In this document: positions 1 to 9,667 of the stretch, piece by piece | Layout of the letters: each line of letters begins with the position of its first letter | Numbering within the stretch: position 1 is the first letter of the stretch | Made by a program: the position numbers and the translations under genes | Source of the DNA: Mariprofundus sp. KV | Lineage (GTDB): Bacteria > Pseudomonadota > Zetaproteobacteria > Mariprofundales > Mariprofundaceae | Direction: 5' to 3' | Assembly: GCF_013387475.1 (NCBI RefSeq) | Contig: NZ_VWNB01000001.1 | Span: 58,559 to 90,558, forward strand | Length of the DNA stretch: 32,000 nt | The notes under the pieces: model-generated | Told to the model about the DNA's origin: nothing | The model's database searches: none | What the model saw: the letters and a program-made list of their open reading frames with translations, nothing else

Positions 1-1
1 G

Positions 2-784
2 ACAGGCATTACCACGGTATCTGATTTCCGCAGCCGTGATATTGCGGCCGGAGGAGAGGGGGCGCCGCTGGTGCCATTCTCGCATCGTCACCTGTTTACC
101 CATGAACGGAAAAATATCGCCGTGGTCAACATCGGCGGCATTGCCAATGTCACATGGCTTGGCATCGATGGCAGCACCATCGGCTTTGATACCGGGCCGG
201 GCAATATGATCATGGACGGGCTGATGCTTGCCTTCAGCGATGGCCGCAACGCCTATGATCAGAATGGTGTGCTGGCGGCCAGCGGCGATGTATGCCCGGC
301 GTTGCTGGAGAAGCTGATGTTACACCCCTTCATGCAGCGCAAACCACCCAAATCCACAGGCCGTGAAGAGTTCGGTGAGGATATCGTCAATCTGATTCTC
401 GGCTGGCCGGATATCTCGGATGCTGACCGCATGGCGACCGCCTGCCAGTACACCGTCGACTCCATTGTCAACAGCATCAATTTCATGCCGATAGAACCGG
501 CAAAATGGCTTATCTGTGGCGGTGGCGTTCGCAATGAATATCTGATGGATCTGCTGACAAGAGAGCTGGCTCCGGCTTCAGTCACCACAACAGATGCCGA
601 AGACATTCCACCGCAGGCTGTCGAGGCACTCAGCTTTGCAGTGCTGGCTCGCCAGACGTTGATGGGTGAGACCAATACGCTGTGTGAAGTTACCGGCGCC
701 CGTCATGCCGTTTGCGGCGGCCAGATCACCCCCGGCAACAACTGGCAGGAGCTGATTACAAGCATCCCTACATGGATCCGCTAA
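2..784 (+). CDS. anmK: Anhydro-N-acetylmuramic acid kinase, 5'-truncated by the window edge
   Basis: The frame is open from nt 2 (TGITTVSDFRSRDIAAGGEGAPLVPFSH...NIGGIANVT...GPGNMIMD). These motifs are characteristic of the AnmK family. Stop TAA at 782-784. The GTG at 71 in the ORF track is internal. Confidence 0.85.
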   Translation, partial: TGITTVSDFRSRDIAAGGEGAPLVPFSHRHLFTHERKNIAVVNIGGIANVTWLGIDGSTIGFDTGPGNMIMDGLMLAFSDGRNAYDQNGVLAASGDVCPALLEKLMLHPFMQRKPPKSTGREEFGEDIVNLILGWPDISDADRMATACQYTVDSIVNSINFMPIEPAKWLICGGGVRNEYLMDLLTRELAPASVTTTDAEDIPPQAVEALSFAVLARQTLMGETNTLCEVTGARHAVCGGQITPGNNWQELITSIPTWIR

Positions 785-1800
785 CCCACGCCATCTCAGG
801 CGCGGCACTGGCCCGTGCTTTTCCCCGACATCCGCTACCGGGTAAGCAGCTCTTGTTTCTGGTGCTGCTCACTATGGCTCCGGATTCCGACATCATCCTG
901 CGCTTTTTTTCTGAAACAGTTTATCTGCAACACCACCGAGGGCTCACTCACTCGCTGCTGATGCTGCCGCTCTGGGGCTGGCTGATTATCAGCCTCTCCT
1001 CCCGAACGATCAAAAAGAATACGGCCATGCCGTGGATGATCGCCCTGGCGCTGCTGCTGCATATCTCACTGGATCTGATCACCACCTTCGGCACCATGTT
1101 GCTGGCCCCGATCTCTGACTGGCGTGCCTCACTTGACCTGCTGTTTATTATCGATCCGATATTCACTGCCAGCCTGTTGGTTCCGCTGTTGATCGGTCTG
1201 CAGTGGCGATCACAGAGCCGTAACATGGGCGTGTTAAGCCTTGTGCTGATGTGCGCCTATCTGGGAGTGGCCTACAGCAACCAGCAGCAGGCGATTGATC
1301 TGAGCAGAAAAGCACACCCGCAAGCCAGCGCACACTATGCTCTGCCACTGGCCTTCTCCCCCTTCAACTGGCAGCTGATTGCCCGCTATCCGGATCACTA
1401 TGCGCGCGCGGCAGTCAACCTGAAACCTGAGTTCGCAGGCACTCGGCCTCTGTTTGATGAAAGCTTTGTGACAGGATTAATCTCAAGCGAGATGACCGGG
1501 CCGCAGGATATCAAGTGGCAGGAGCTACCTGCCATGCACACTGTTAAACTGGCAGAAGGGTTGCCGGGCACCGCCTTCTATAGCTGGTTCGCCCGCTTTC
1601 CTGTGTTGCTGAAAAAGAGTGGCGATCACCTCGAATTCGGTGATCTGGCTTTTGGTGGCGGTGCTCCCGGGGTGCGGCCTGCCTTCCAGCTTCACATCGA
1701 CTTGCAACAAGGTTCTCAGGCACCACGCGCCTGGCTGATCTGGCGCAATGACCGAAAGAGTGAACTCACTCTCACCTCCGCCCCGTTCAACTGGCTCTAG
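772..1800 (+). CDS. Membrane-bound metal-dependent hydrolase, YdjM/DUF457-like N-terminal domain plus a ~160-aa C-terminal extension of unknown function
   Basis: Starts MDPLTHAISGAALARAF, the typical N-terminus of this family. Has several hydrophobic helices and HHRGLTHS / H..LD motifs. I chose the ATG at 772 rather than 712; it overlaps the anmK stop by 13 nt. Confidence 0.6.
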   Translation: MDPLTHAISGAALARAFPRHPLPGKQLLFLVLLTMAPDSDIILRFFSETVYLQHHRGLTHSLLMLPLWGWLIISLSSRTIKKNTAMPWMIALALLLHISLDLITTFGTMLLAPISDWRASLDLLFIIDPIFTASLLVPLLIGLQWRSQSRNMGVLSLVLMCAYLGVAYSNQQQAIDLSRKAHPQASAHYALPLAFSPFNWQLIARYPDHYARAAVNLKPEFAGTRPLFDESFVTGLISSEMTGPQDIKWQELPAMHTVKLAEGLPGTAFYSWFARFPVLLKKSGDHLEFGDLAFGGGAPGVRPAFQLHIDLQQGSQAPRAWLIWRNDRKSELTLTSAPFNWL

Positions 1801-1894
1801 CGACCCTGCTGCAATACAAACAGCCCCGCCTCAGAGTACAACCAACAGCTCAAGAGCTTAAACAGCGACAGGCAGCGGCCTGACAGAAAGGGTA

Positions 1895-2524
1895 CTAGTC
1901 TGCGATATGACGCCGCTCGGGAGCCGCAACATACTCTTCTTCATAATCAGCCAGCGCAGCCTCAATCACCTTGGCCGCATGCTCAAAACCATAAGGCTCT
2001 CCGATTTCGACATGATGCGGCTTATTCGGCTCAAATTTGTAGGTCAGGAAATAGTGCATCAGGCGATCAATGATTGCCGGTGGCATCTCTGAAATATCAT
2101 CCACCTTCGACCAGAAGGGATCATCATCAATTACCGCAATAATTTTATCATCCGCTTCGCCGTGATCACACATCGGCAGACCACCGATCACACGCGCATT
2201 TACCAGTATCTCAATGCGTGAAATTGGTCGCTCGGAGATCACACAGATATCCAGAGGATCATTATCGCCGCGCTGTGCATGCGGCATGAGCTTGCCCACG
2301 CGATCAGCGCATAGCGTGCGTGGAATAAAACCGTAAAGAGCCGGGTGCTGAGAGCTTGAGCGCACCGAGCGATCCACCCGCAGATAGCCGGATTTTTTGT
2401 CGACTTCGAACTTCACCGTATCAAACGGACTGATCTCGATATAGGCATGTACCCGCCGTGGCGGTTCGGCTCCAGGATCCAGCCCGTGCCAGGGGTGTGG
2501 TCGCCATTGGGAGAATGATTTCAT
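1895..2524 (-). CDS. ppa: Inorganic pyrophosphatase, family I (long form, 209 aa)
   Basis: [25 protein letters not shown]...YGFIPRT...[10 protein letters not shown]...[12 protein letters not shown] aligns with the E. coli PPase core (E-I-P..K-Y-E-D..DR..YG.I..T...DGDP.D..V). Confidence 0.85.
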   Translation of the reverse strand: MKSFSQWRPHPWHGLDPGAEPPRRVHAYIEISPFDTVKFEVDKKSGYLRVDRSVRSSSQHPALYGFIPRTLCADRVGKLMPHAQRGDNDPLDICVISERPISRIEILVNARVIGGLPMCDHGEADDKIIAVIDDDPFWSKVDDISEMPPAIIDRLMHYFLTYKFEPNKPHHVEIGEPYGFEHAAKVIEAALADYEEEYVAAPERRHIAD

Positions 2525-2583
2525 GGCTCAGTTCTAGCACAAATCACGCCAAAACCTACAACTATCATCAAACAAGAACCTGT

Positions 2584-3336
2584 TTATAGCTGATGTTCAG
2601 GTTGGCGACTTTCATCCACTGGAAAAACCCATCCCAGCGCATCAACAATATTCTTGAAGGATGGCGGCAGCGGCGCATTGATCTGCAGCAACTGATCTGT
2701 CTCCGGATGTATGAAACCAAGACCTGTGGCATGAAGCAACAGCCGATGAGATGCCAACCGCTCCCGGAAAAAGCTGTTCTGTTTGCCATCACCATGCGTG
2801 GTGTCGCCCACTATCGGATGATACAGGTGCTTAAGGTGTCGGCGCAGCTGATGCTTGCGGCCAGTTTTTGGCGTCAGGTGGAGCAGAGAATACCTTGCCG
2901 TTTGGTAGCGGCCGACGGCATAAGGCAGCTCCACTGTTGCAAGACGCCGGTACTCCGTAACGGCCTCCTGTGCCTCTTTATCCTGCTGCGCTTTACGGTC
3001 GCTCTTTTTATCCAGCTCCTCTTTCAGAGGATAATCAATGACTCCCTGCTCATCAGTAAAGCCACGCACGATGGCCAGATAGGTTTTCTGCGTATCTCTG
3101 GCCGTGAAAACATCGGCAATTTTCCGTGCCGATTCAGAATTCAGAGCGAACAGCAGCACGCCTGAAGTTGGCTTGTCCAGCCGATGCACAGGAAAAACAT
3201 GCTGACCGATCTGATCGCGCAGCATCTGCATGGCAAAGCGGGTTTCATGCCGATCTATCATTGAGCGATGCACCAGCAAATCAGCAGGTTTATTGATAGC
3301 AACCAGCCACTCATCCCTGTACAGGATCTCTAACAT
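2584..3336 (-). CDS. truC: tRNA pseudouridine synthase C (RluA family)
   Basis: The N-terminus MLEILYRDEWLVAINKPADLLVHRS is almost identical to E. coli TruC. Catalytic HRLDKPTSGVLLFA motif is present. Confidence 0.85.
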   Translation of the reverse strand: MLEILYRDEWLVAINKPADLLVHRSMIDRHETRFAMQMLRDQIGQHVFPVHRLDKPTSGVLLFALNSESARKIADVFTARDTQKTYLAIVRGFTDEQGVIDYPLKEELDKKSDRKAQQDKEAQEAVTEYRRLATVELPYAVGRYQTARYSLLHLTPKTGRKHQLRRHLKHLYHPIVGDTTHGDGKQNSFFRERLASHRLLLHATGLGFIHPETDQLLQINAPLPPSFKNIVDALGWVFPVDESRQPEHQL

Positions 3337-3372
3337 GCAGTAATAACTTTATTGATGCAGAAAAAGTGCGAC

Positions 3373-3663
3373 TTAATCCCGCAGAGGCCCGTCGAGAAAA
3401 GAGAGATCATCCCAGATGCTGGTAGGACGACCTTCAGCATCACGGAATCTAAGGTTTTGACGACGGGGAACCAGACGGCGAGGACGGCCAAAACTGTCAT
3501 TCTGTACATCACACGCAACATCAGCAGAGAGAATCAATAACCCCTCATCATGCAGAAGGTCGGTCACCTCGTAAGATTCATCAAGGTAGCGAACCGGACG
3601 GCCAATCAAAGCGAACATCTCCGCATGATCGTCAATCATCGACTGCAACAGATGAACACCCAT
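3373..3663 (-). CDS. Hypothetical 96-aa protein, no recognisable family
   Basis: ATG is preceded by a strong SD (GGCAGGAGGTTTCTTATG). Lies 36 nt upstream of truC on the same strand. Acidic N-terminal half, Arg/Pro-rich C-terminal half. Confidence 0.5.
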   Translation of the reverse strand: MGVHLLQSMIDDHAEMFALIGRPVRYLDESYEVTDLLHDEGLLILSADVACDVQNDSFGRPRRLVPRRQNLRFRDAEGRPTSIWDDLSFLDGPLRD

Positions 3664-3777
3664 AAGAAACCTCCTGCCTGATTAGCCACTACAGGATAGA
3701 AAGCCGGTCAATCCACGTCAATCTTATAAACATAGATAGTCCGGCCTCTATACGCAGCTAGCGATAAGCCTGAGAGA

Positions 3778-4353
3778 CTAACGGCTGCGAATGAATTGAA
3801 GGTGAAAAAAGACAGGCACAGCATGGGCGATACTCGGCAGGCTGGCGATCTGACGTAGCGCCTCTATGCCACCATCCAGGCCAAACTCAGCAGCCTTCAC
3901 AATCACCGGCTGCCTGCTTGTTACCAGCAAACCATCTGCAACTGCAATAAGTTGTACATCTGCAACAACCGGCCTTTTGATGCCGTGCAGATCAAGCAGC
4001 AGAGGCAGCTGCAGTGTAACGCTCTCGCCAACCTTCAGTGCCTCATAGTTTACGCCAGAGAGATCAACGGAGATCTTCGCCGAGGCAAATCGGGACACCT
4101 CAAAAAGCATCGATTGCATGCGCTGGTTGCGAATAGCGATCCCTGACTCAATGGAACTCAGATCAATCGCTATCTCAGCATGATGCTCCTGTATGACACC
4201 ACTTAACCCATTGAAGTGATGCACCTCGGCAACACTCTCTTTTTTCACTGAAACAAAGTTAACATCGGATCGGTTGCCATCAAGCAGCCACTCTCCAGAC
4301 CAGGCCGCCGCAGGCACCATCATCAAAAACAACAACATACAAAGTTTTTTCAT
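3778..4353 (-). CDS. YceI-like periplasmic (polyisoprenoid-binding) protein
   Basis: Signal peptide MKKLCMLLFLMMVPAAAWS, then the S.V.F.S.K....V.G.F pattern typical of YceI-domain proteins. 191 aa. Confidence 0.7.
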   Translation of the reverse strand: MKKLCMLLFLMMVPAAAWSGEWLLDGNRSDVNFVSVKKESVAEVHHFNGLSGVIQEHHAEIAIDLSSIESGIAIRNQRMQSMLFEVSRFASAKISVDLSGVNYEALKVGESVTLQLPLLLDLHGIKRPVVADVQLIAVADGLLVTSRQPVIVKAAEFGLDGGIEALRQIASLPSIAHAVPVFFHLQFIRSR

Positions 4354-4517
4354 CGTCTCTCCACAAACAAATTTGATGGCAAAAAGCTATGAGCAGAAAG
4401 ATGAAGCATAGATGAAAAGGAACCCCTGTTCAGAGTGTGGAAATCACTCTCTCTACGGTGTGAGATACCAGCCTTTTCAGCTATGATTGCCGCCACGTTC
4501 GATTCAAGGAGAGTCAC

Positions 4518-5609
4518 ATGCAAGCGATTTGGGCCCAGTTAAGCGAGACAATGCTTCTGGATATTCCACTAAGCCGCTGGCTTATCACTGCCGCTGTCAT
4601 TTTGGCTACGGTGATTGCCCGAACCTTTGTGCTCTCTGCCTTCCAGCGCCTGAGCAGGAAACTGGCTGCACGCACTATAACCAAACTTGATGATGTACTA
4701 CTCTCCGCTGCTGAACGCCCTGTCGGGCTGCTTGTCTACGTGTTCGGAATTCTGCTTGCCGTACATATATTAAATCCTCCTGCTGAAATTTTCCCACTGG
4801 TAGCCATTGCCGACAGTGCCGGACGCATCATCTCAATTCTGCTCACTATCTGGTTTCTCTGGCGCCTCCTCGAAGGGCTCTCTGCCTACTTCACGGCCCG
4901 GGCCCAGGAGACCGAGTCGGCTATGGATGATCAGCTGGTCCCCTTTATCGGTAAAACACTGAAGATATTTCTTGTACTCACCGGTCTGCTGGTTGTGGCG
5001 CAGAATATGGGTTACTCGATCTCCGGCCTGCTCGCCTCGCTCGGCATTGGCGGAATCGCCATCGCTATGGCAGCCAAGGATACCATTGCCAACGTCTTCG
5101 GCTCGATCATGATTCTCGTGGATCGCCCATTTACCGTGGGTGACTGGATTAAAACCACTGAGTTTGAAGGAGTGGTGGAGGAGATCGGTTTCCGCTCCAC
5201 GAAAATCCGTACCTTTGAGCGAACACTGGTCAATGTGCCCAACTCATCGCTGGCCAATATGGTGATCGATAATATTGATGCCAGAAATGAGCGGCGCATC
5301 AAAATGCGCATCGGCCTGACCTATGATACCACGCCGGCCAAAATGGATGCGGCAATCAAGGGCATCGAGGCGATACTCGTCAACCATCCGGGCGTTGATC
5401 AGAGTTATAAACTGGTCAAATTCGACGAGTTCTCCGACTCATCCCTATCAATCTTTCTCTACTACTTCTCCGCCAGCAAAGTGTGGGAGGAGTATCTGCA
5501 GGTACGTCAGGAGATTAACCTGCAGATCATGCATCTACTAGAAGAGATGGAGCTTGATTTCGCATTTCCAACCCGCACACTTTATATTGAACAGGAGAAG
5601 CCACAGTGA
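4518..5609 (+). CDS. Small-conductance mechanosensitive channel (MscS family)
   Basis: N-terminal TM helices followed by [49 protein letters not shown], the MscS pore/beta-domain signature. SD AAGGAG lies 7 nt upstream of the ATG. Confidence 0.9.
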   Translation: MQAIWAQLSETMLLDIPLSRWLITAAVILATVIARTFVLSAFQRLSRKLAARTITKLDDVLLSAAERPVGLLVYVFGILLAVHILNPPAEIFPLVAIADSAGRIISILLTIWFLWRLLEGLSAYFTARAQETESAMDDQLVPFIGKTLKIFLVLTGLLVVAQNMGYSISGLLASLGIGGIAIAMAAKDTIANVFGSIMILVDRPFTVGDWIKTTEFEGVVEEIGFRSTKIRTFERTLVNVPNSSLANMVIDNIDARNERRIKMRIGLTYDTTPAKMDAAIKGIEAILVNHPGVDQSYKLVKFDEFSDSSLSIFLYYFSASKVWEEYLQVRQEINLQIMHLLEEMELDFAFPTRTLYIEQEKPQ

Positions 5610-6046
5610 GTGAGAAACCGGTAGTGGAAGCCTTTACCGATGGTGCCTGCTCTGGCAACCCCGGCCCAGGCGGCTGGGGGGTACTGCTGCGCATGGGCAG
5701 GCATGAAAAGGAGTTGTACGGCGGTGAAGCCCACACCACCAACCAGCAGATGGAGCTGCAGGCTGCTGTTGAAGCGCTCAAAGCGCTGACCAAACCGTGC
5801 AAGGTGACCATCATCTCCGACTCCAAATATGTGGTGCAGGGCATGAGCGAGTGGATTCACAACTGGAAAAAGAAGGGGTGGAAAACAGCAGGCAAGAAAC
5901 CGGTCTCCAACCTTGAGCGCTGGCAGGAGCTGGACAAACTGGCTGCTGTTCATGATGTCACCTGGAAGTGGGTGAAAGGCCATGCCGGCCATGCTGAAAA
6001 CGAACGTGCTGACGAGTTAGCGCGTCAGGGCATCCCTGCAGGCTGA
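5606..6046 (+). CDS. rnhA: Ribonuclease HI
   Basis: [68 protein letters not shown] closely matches E. coli RNase HI. The GTG start overlaps the mscS stop (GTGA). AGGAGA SD upstream. Confidence 0.93.
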   Translation: MSEKPVVEAFTDGACSGNPGPGGWGVLLRMGRHEKELYGGEAHTTNQQMELQAAVEALKALTKPCKVTIISDSKYVVQGMSEWIHNWKKKGWKTAGKKPVSNLERWQELDKLAAVHDVTWKWVKGHAGHAENERADELARQGIPAG

Positions 6047-7245
6047 ACCTCTGACGGTTGCGCTTCGGGCAGCGGCATAGCTGGCACCTCAGGCTGCTGA
6101 TCACTTTCGGTTACGGCTGGTGCAGATAGTGCATCAATATCAAATTCAAGCATGGATACAGGTTGCGGGGCCTGCATGAGCTGCGCTGCGCTAAGCTTCA
6201 ATGGTTTCCTGCCGCCATAAGGCATGAAGGTATAGCTGTTACCCGGTTCCAGCGCTTCGAGGATCACTGTTTTATAACCCGCCTGACTATTAATGCCCGA
6301 CCTCAATTCGCAACAGAGCACATACTCCTTGTTGGGCAAACCTCTGACATTGAATGATTTAACATTGGCCTCGGAGAGCTTAACCACCTTGCCATCAACG
6401 ATAAAGCGAAGCCAAACATCCCTTCGAGCAGGTGCAGGCTGCGCATCTGACAGGGAGCCATCGATGAGGAACTTAATCACTGCATCCTGCTCATCAAGGC
6501 GTTTGGCCAGGGAGTGATGATTGCCCCTGATGACAATATTGTGACTTCCGGGCAGGTAGGCAGAAGAGGCGTCTACAATCAGATCACTGTTGAGTAACTT
6601 CCGATCTACAGCATAAGCATTAAGCACCTCCAGCCCCTCCAGCTCGGCACCTTGCAGGGCATTCAATTGCCAGAGGAAATCGCTGCCGGGCTGAATCTCT
6701 GTCGCCTGGATATTGCCTTCCGGAATAACACTGCCGAGTCGAACCAGCACCTGTGCCACGTCAGTGCCAAAATGGGGGGTGGCCAGAAAAGCCACACGTC
6801 GCACCTGATGGTCAGCATGGTGGCTTAGATACTGACGCACCAAAAGCCCCCCCATGCTGTGCGCCACGAGATCCACTGCCGCATACGGGGCGAGGTAACG
6901 GTCAAGCTGCTCCTCAAGGACTTCAAGAGGCGGATAGCGATTGGCAAAAATGCCTGTTCGGTAGGTAAACAGAAAGATATCACGCTGCAGCTTCTGCTCC
7001 AGCGCGATCAACCGCTCAGGAACCGGCCAGGTAAACTCGCCACCATTCCACCCATGCACCAGCACTACCGGTACAGCATCGGGGTAATCCACCTGCGAGA
7101 GTATTTCGCTCTTCTCCCACGCCGACCAGAGATCATCGACAACCTGCCGATCCTTTTCTGTCGTTGTGCAGGCGGAGATGAGGAGAGCGAACACAATCAG
7201 TGCGGTGTGCCTGAATAGTCGATGATCACATAACATATGGCCCAT
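6025..7245 (-). CDS. Putative lipoprotein alpha/beta hydrolase (lipase/esterase, PGAP1-like) with an uncharacterised C-terminal domain
   Basis: Lipobox LLISAC after a hydrophobic leader. [10 protein letters not shown] and the nucleophile elbow AHSMGG are present. The C-terminal ~140 aa are unassigned and end in a Pro/Glu/Gln-rich tail. The ORF-track start at 7272 is a TTG; I took the first ATG at 7245, and 7236 is also possible. Confidence 0.7.
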   Translation of the reverse strand: MGHMLCDHRLFRHTALIVFALLISACTTTEKDRQVVDDLWSAWEKSEILSQVDYPDAVPVVLVHGWNGGEFTWPVPERLIALEQKLQRDIFLFTYRTGIFANRYPPLEVLEEQLDRYLAPYAAVDLVAHSMGGLLVRQYLSHHADHQVRRVAFLATPHFGTDVAQVLVRLGSVIPEGNIQATEIQPGSDFLWQLNALQGAELEGLEVLNAYAVDRKLLNSDLIVDASSAYLPGSHNIVIRGNHHSLAKRLDEQDAVIKFLIDGSLSDAQPAPARRDVWLRFIVDGKVVKLSEANVKSFNVRGLPNKEYVLCCELRSGINSQAGYKTVILEALEPGNSYTFMPYGGRKPLKLSAAQLMQAPQPVSMLEFDIDALSAPAVTESDQQPEVPAMPLPEAQPSEVQPAGMP

Positions 7246-7363
7246 TATTGTCGATCCGGCTGCAACTGCCAACCTCGGTTAACATTCCGTTCCAATCAGG
7301 CTCGCAAATAAATTGCATCACTCCTACTTGGCAACAGCCTCCGGCTGTGGTCGGATTCATGGT

Positions 7364-7915
7364 ATGAAAATGTTTTTTGATTTCCTTCCCGTACTGCTCT
7401 TCTTTATCGTCTACAAGATGTATGACATCTACACCGCCACTGCAGTACTGATTGCTGCATCGGCTATTCAGACTGTAGGCCACCGTCTGATCAAAGGTTC
7501 ATTTGAAAAAACACATGTGATCACACTGGCTCTGGTGGCGCTGTTTGGCGGCCTTACCCTTGCCCTGCAGGATGAGAATTTCATCAAATGGAAACCAACA
7601 GCGATCAACTGGCTGTTTGCCATTGTCTTTATTGGCTCTCAGTTTATTGGTGAAAAGACCATCATTGAACGCATGATGGGGGGCAACCTCACGCTCCCGC
7701 AACTGGTGTGGACTAAACTCAACCTCGCCTGGGCAGGTTTCTTTGTTTTCCTCGGCGCGGTGAATATCTATGTCGCATACGCATTTGATACCGACACATG
7801 GGTGAATTTCAAACTCTTTGGATTGATGGGGCTAACCCTGCTGTTCATCATTGCCCAGAGTCTCTATCTGGTTCCCCACCTTAAAGAGTCCACGGCCGAT
7901 AAGGGTGATGAATAA
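7364..7915 (+). CDS. yciB: Intracellular septation protein A (YciB/IspZ)
   Basis: MKMFFDFLPVLLFFIVYKMYDIYTATAVLIAAS parallels the E. coli YciB N-terminus (MKQFLDFLPL..FF..YK.YDIY.AT). Polytopic membrane protein. Start moved to the ATG at 7364. Confidence 0.85.
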   Translation: MKMFFDFLPVLLFFIVYKMYDIYTATAVLIAASAIQTVGHRLIKGSFEKTHVITLALVALFGGLTLALQDENFIKWKPTAINWLFAIVFIGSQFIGEKTIIERMMGGNLTLPQLVWTKLNLAWAGFFVFLGAVNIYVAYAFDTDTWVNFKLFGLMGLTLLFIIAQSLYLVPHLKESTADKGDE

Positions 7916-7918
7916 AGG

Positions 7919-7940
7919 GTAATTCAGAGCTCTGAATTAC
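7919..7940. repeat. Perfect 22-bp palindrome GTAATTCAGAGCTCTGAATTAC between convergent yciB and the kinase gene (terminator-like hairpin)
   Basis: Verified self-complementary by hand and extendable to ~14 bp with one wobble. It starts 3 nt after the yciB stop and covers the kinase stop codon (7937-7939). No clean U-tract on the + strand; CCCUUUAUU follows on the - strand. Confidence 0.7.
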
Positions 7941-9667
7941 TCTGGACCTGCCTGCAAAGGCAGGTAGATCCTGAACTCTGTCCCTTCGTTGACACGACTC
8001 GCCACCTCCATCACGCCACCCACCTTTGTGATGGCTCCGTGGGCCATCGATAAGCCAAGTCCGGTCCCCTCACCCTCCGCCTTAGTGGTAAAGAAGACTT
8101 CGAAAATAGTATCGAGCTTATCTTCAGGGATGCCATAACCGTTGTCTTTCACGGATATGCATGCGTAGTGATTATCGGTCATCAGTGGAAATTTTTGTAC
8201 AAAGGAGTCGGAGACCTCAAATTTACTTACGCTGACTTTGACCCATGGTGATTCTACCCTCTGTACAGCATGCATCGCATTATTGATCAGGTTGATCATG
8301 ATCTGTTGCGCCTGAACATCATTCCAGCGCACATATAACTCCTGCTCAGATAGTTCAGTACGAATAGTCGCTTTGTCGGCTCCCATTGATGCAATCTCAC
8401 AGGCCGTATTCATACAGTCATTAAGATCGATAATGCTAAATTTAAGATCCTCATTTCTGACAAACTTAAGCAGCTGAGAGATATGCTGGGCTGCAATATC
8501 ACAGACCTGATTGATGACTGAAGCCCGTTTAAGTACGCCCGTACGATCCTCTGCTTTCCGTTCAAGCATCTGCGCATTGGCCTTGATCGCCGTCAGTGCA
8601 TTATTAAAATCATGGGCGATGCCTCCGGCGAGAATCCCGGCAGTCTCCAGTTTCTGAGATTTGTACAACTTCTCTTCCAGCGCCTCATATTCACTCATAT
8701 CCTCCTGACTGGCGATATAGTGAGTGATCTGGTTATTCTGATTAATAACAGGTGCTATCGACATCACAATCGGGCAGGTCGAACCGTCCTTTCGACGGTT
8801 CACCAACTCGCTATGCCACACCTTTCCTGATGAGATCATCTGCCACAACCGTTGATAAAACGAGCTGCTCTGCTGCCCGCTATTCAGAATAGATGTCTTC
8901 TTGCCGATTACATCGTCACGTTCATAACCTGTCAGATTACAGAAGGCGCTATTTACATATTCGATATTAGCATCGGTATCGGTGATAATGATCGACGATC
9001 CGGAGTGCTCCAGTGCCTGGGCAAGCTTCATGTTGCGCGCAAACTCAACAGCATGAGCTATTCGGCTTTGTCTCAATAAATTCAACATCAGAAGAAGCAT
9101 CAGAAGCCATATAAGAAGCAGTGCAGCAAACAGTGTAGGTTGTTGGTTTAAGCTATCACTGAATTGGTTGTGAATCTCCTCATCCAACTCGCCAGCAGCC
9201 CATTCAGCGCTGATGAAATACTTATCATGGATCACATCATCTTTAACCAGAAGATGTAATTCATCTTCATATTCAAGCAGGTATTCGATCAGTTGATCAA
9301 CTGCGCGTTTCATCTCATCAAATTCACGCTGCAAGTGCTGTGAGCTTGGAACCATTGATGAGATATCGCCCATCTGCACATACCCATAATGAATAGCCCC
9401 TGCATCAGACTTAACTTTACGAATCAGATCTGTGACATCATTTTTGCTGATTTTCTGGTGCCCCTCTACATATTCATGGATCAATGAGTGGGTACTTGTG
9501 AGATCAACTCGAAGCTGCATGATCGAGTCAACAAGAGGAATCTCCTGAGATAAAAAACGCTGGCCGGACTGATAGGCCCAGGCAAACAGCACCAGAGGGA
9601 TAAATACGCCAGCAATCAGGAATATGATTTTACTCTTGATATCAAAATATGAGTCACTACTGGCCAT
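7937..9667 (-). CDS. Sensor histidine kinase: two TM helices flanking a ~150-aa extracytoplasmic helical domain, then PAS, HisKA and HATPase_c
   Basis: PAS-like SIIITDTDANIEYVNSAFCNLTGYERDDVIGK. H-box GGIAHDFNNALTAI. N/G boxes INLINNAMHAV..DNGYGIP..FFTTK..GTGLGLS. I prefer the start at 9667 (SD AAGGGGATATCATG) over 9703. Confidence 0.85.
   Translation of the reverse strand: MASSDSYFDIKSKIIFLIAGVFIPLVLFAWAYQSGQRFLSQEIPLVDSIMQLRVDLTSTHSLIHEYVEGHQKISKNDVTDLIRKVKSDAGAIHYGYVQMGDISSMVPSSQHLQREFDEMKRAVDQLIEYLLEYEDELHLLVKDDVIHDKYFISAEWAAGELDEEIHNQFSDSLNQQPTLFAALLLIWLLMLLLMLNLLRQSRIAHAVEFARNMKLAQALEHSGSSIIITDTDANIEYVNSAFCNLTGYERDDVIGKKTSILNSGQQSSSFYQRLWQMISSGKVWHSELVNRRKDGSTCPIVMSIAPVINQNNQITHYIASQEDMSEYEALEEKLYKSQKLETAGILAGGIAHDFNNALTAIKANAQMLERKAEDRTGVLKRASVINQVCDIAAQHISQLLKFVRNEDLKFSIIDLNDCMNTACEIASMGADKATIRTELSEQELYVRWNDVQAQQIMINLINNAMHAVQRVESPWVKVSVSKFEVSDSFVQKFPLMTDNHYACISVKDNGYGIPEDKLDTIFEVFFTTKAEGEGTGLGLSMAHGAITKVGGVMEVASRVNEGTEFRIYLPLQAGPE

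Noticed and set aside
2593-3540. Plus-strand ORFs 2593-3165 (190 aa) and 3352-3540 (62 aa).
   Set aside because: They are antisense to truC and to the 96-aa ORF respectively. They have no SD and no recognisable motifs, and the opposite-strand genes are well supported.
7246-7272. The TTG start at 7272 for the lipoprotein hydrolase, as in the ORF track.
   Set aside because: The start codon is TTG with the only SD-like GAGG directly abutting it. It would give a 35-residue leader before the lipobox Cys. The ATGs at 7245 or 7236 give a normal-length lipoprotein signal peptide.
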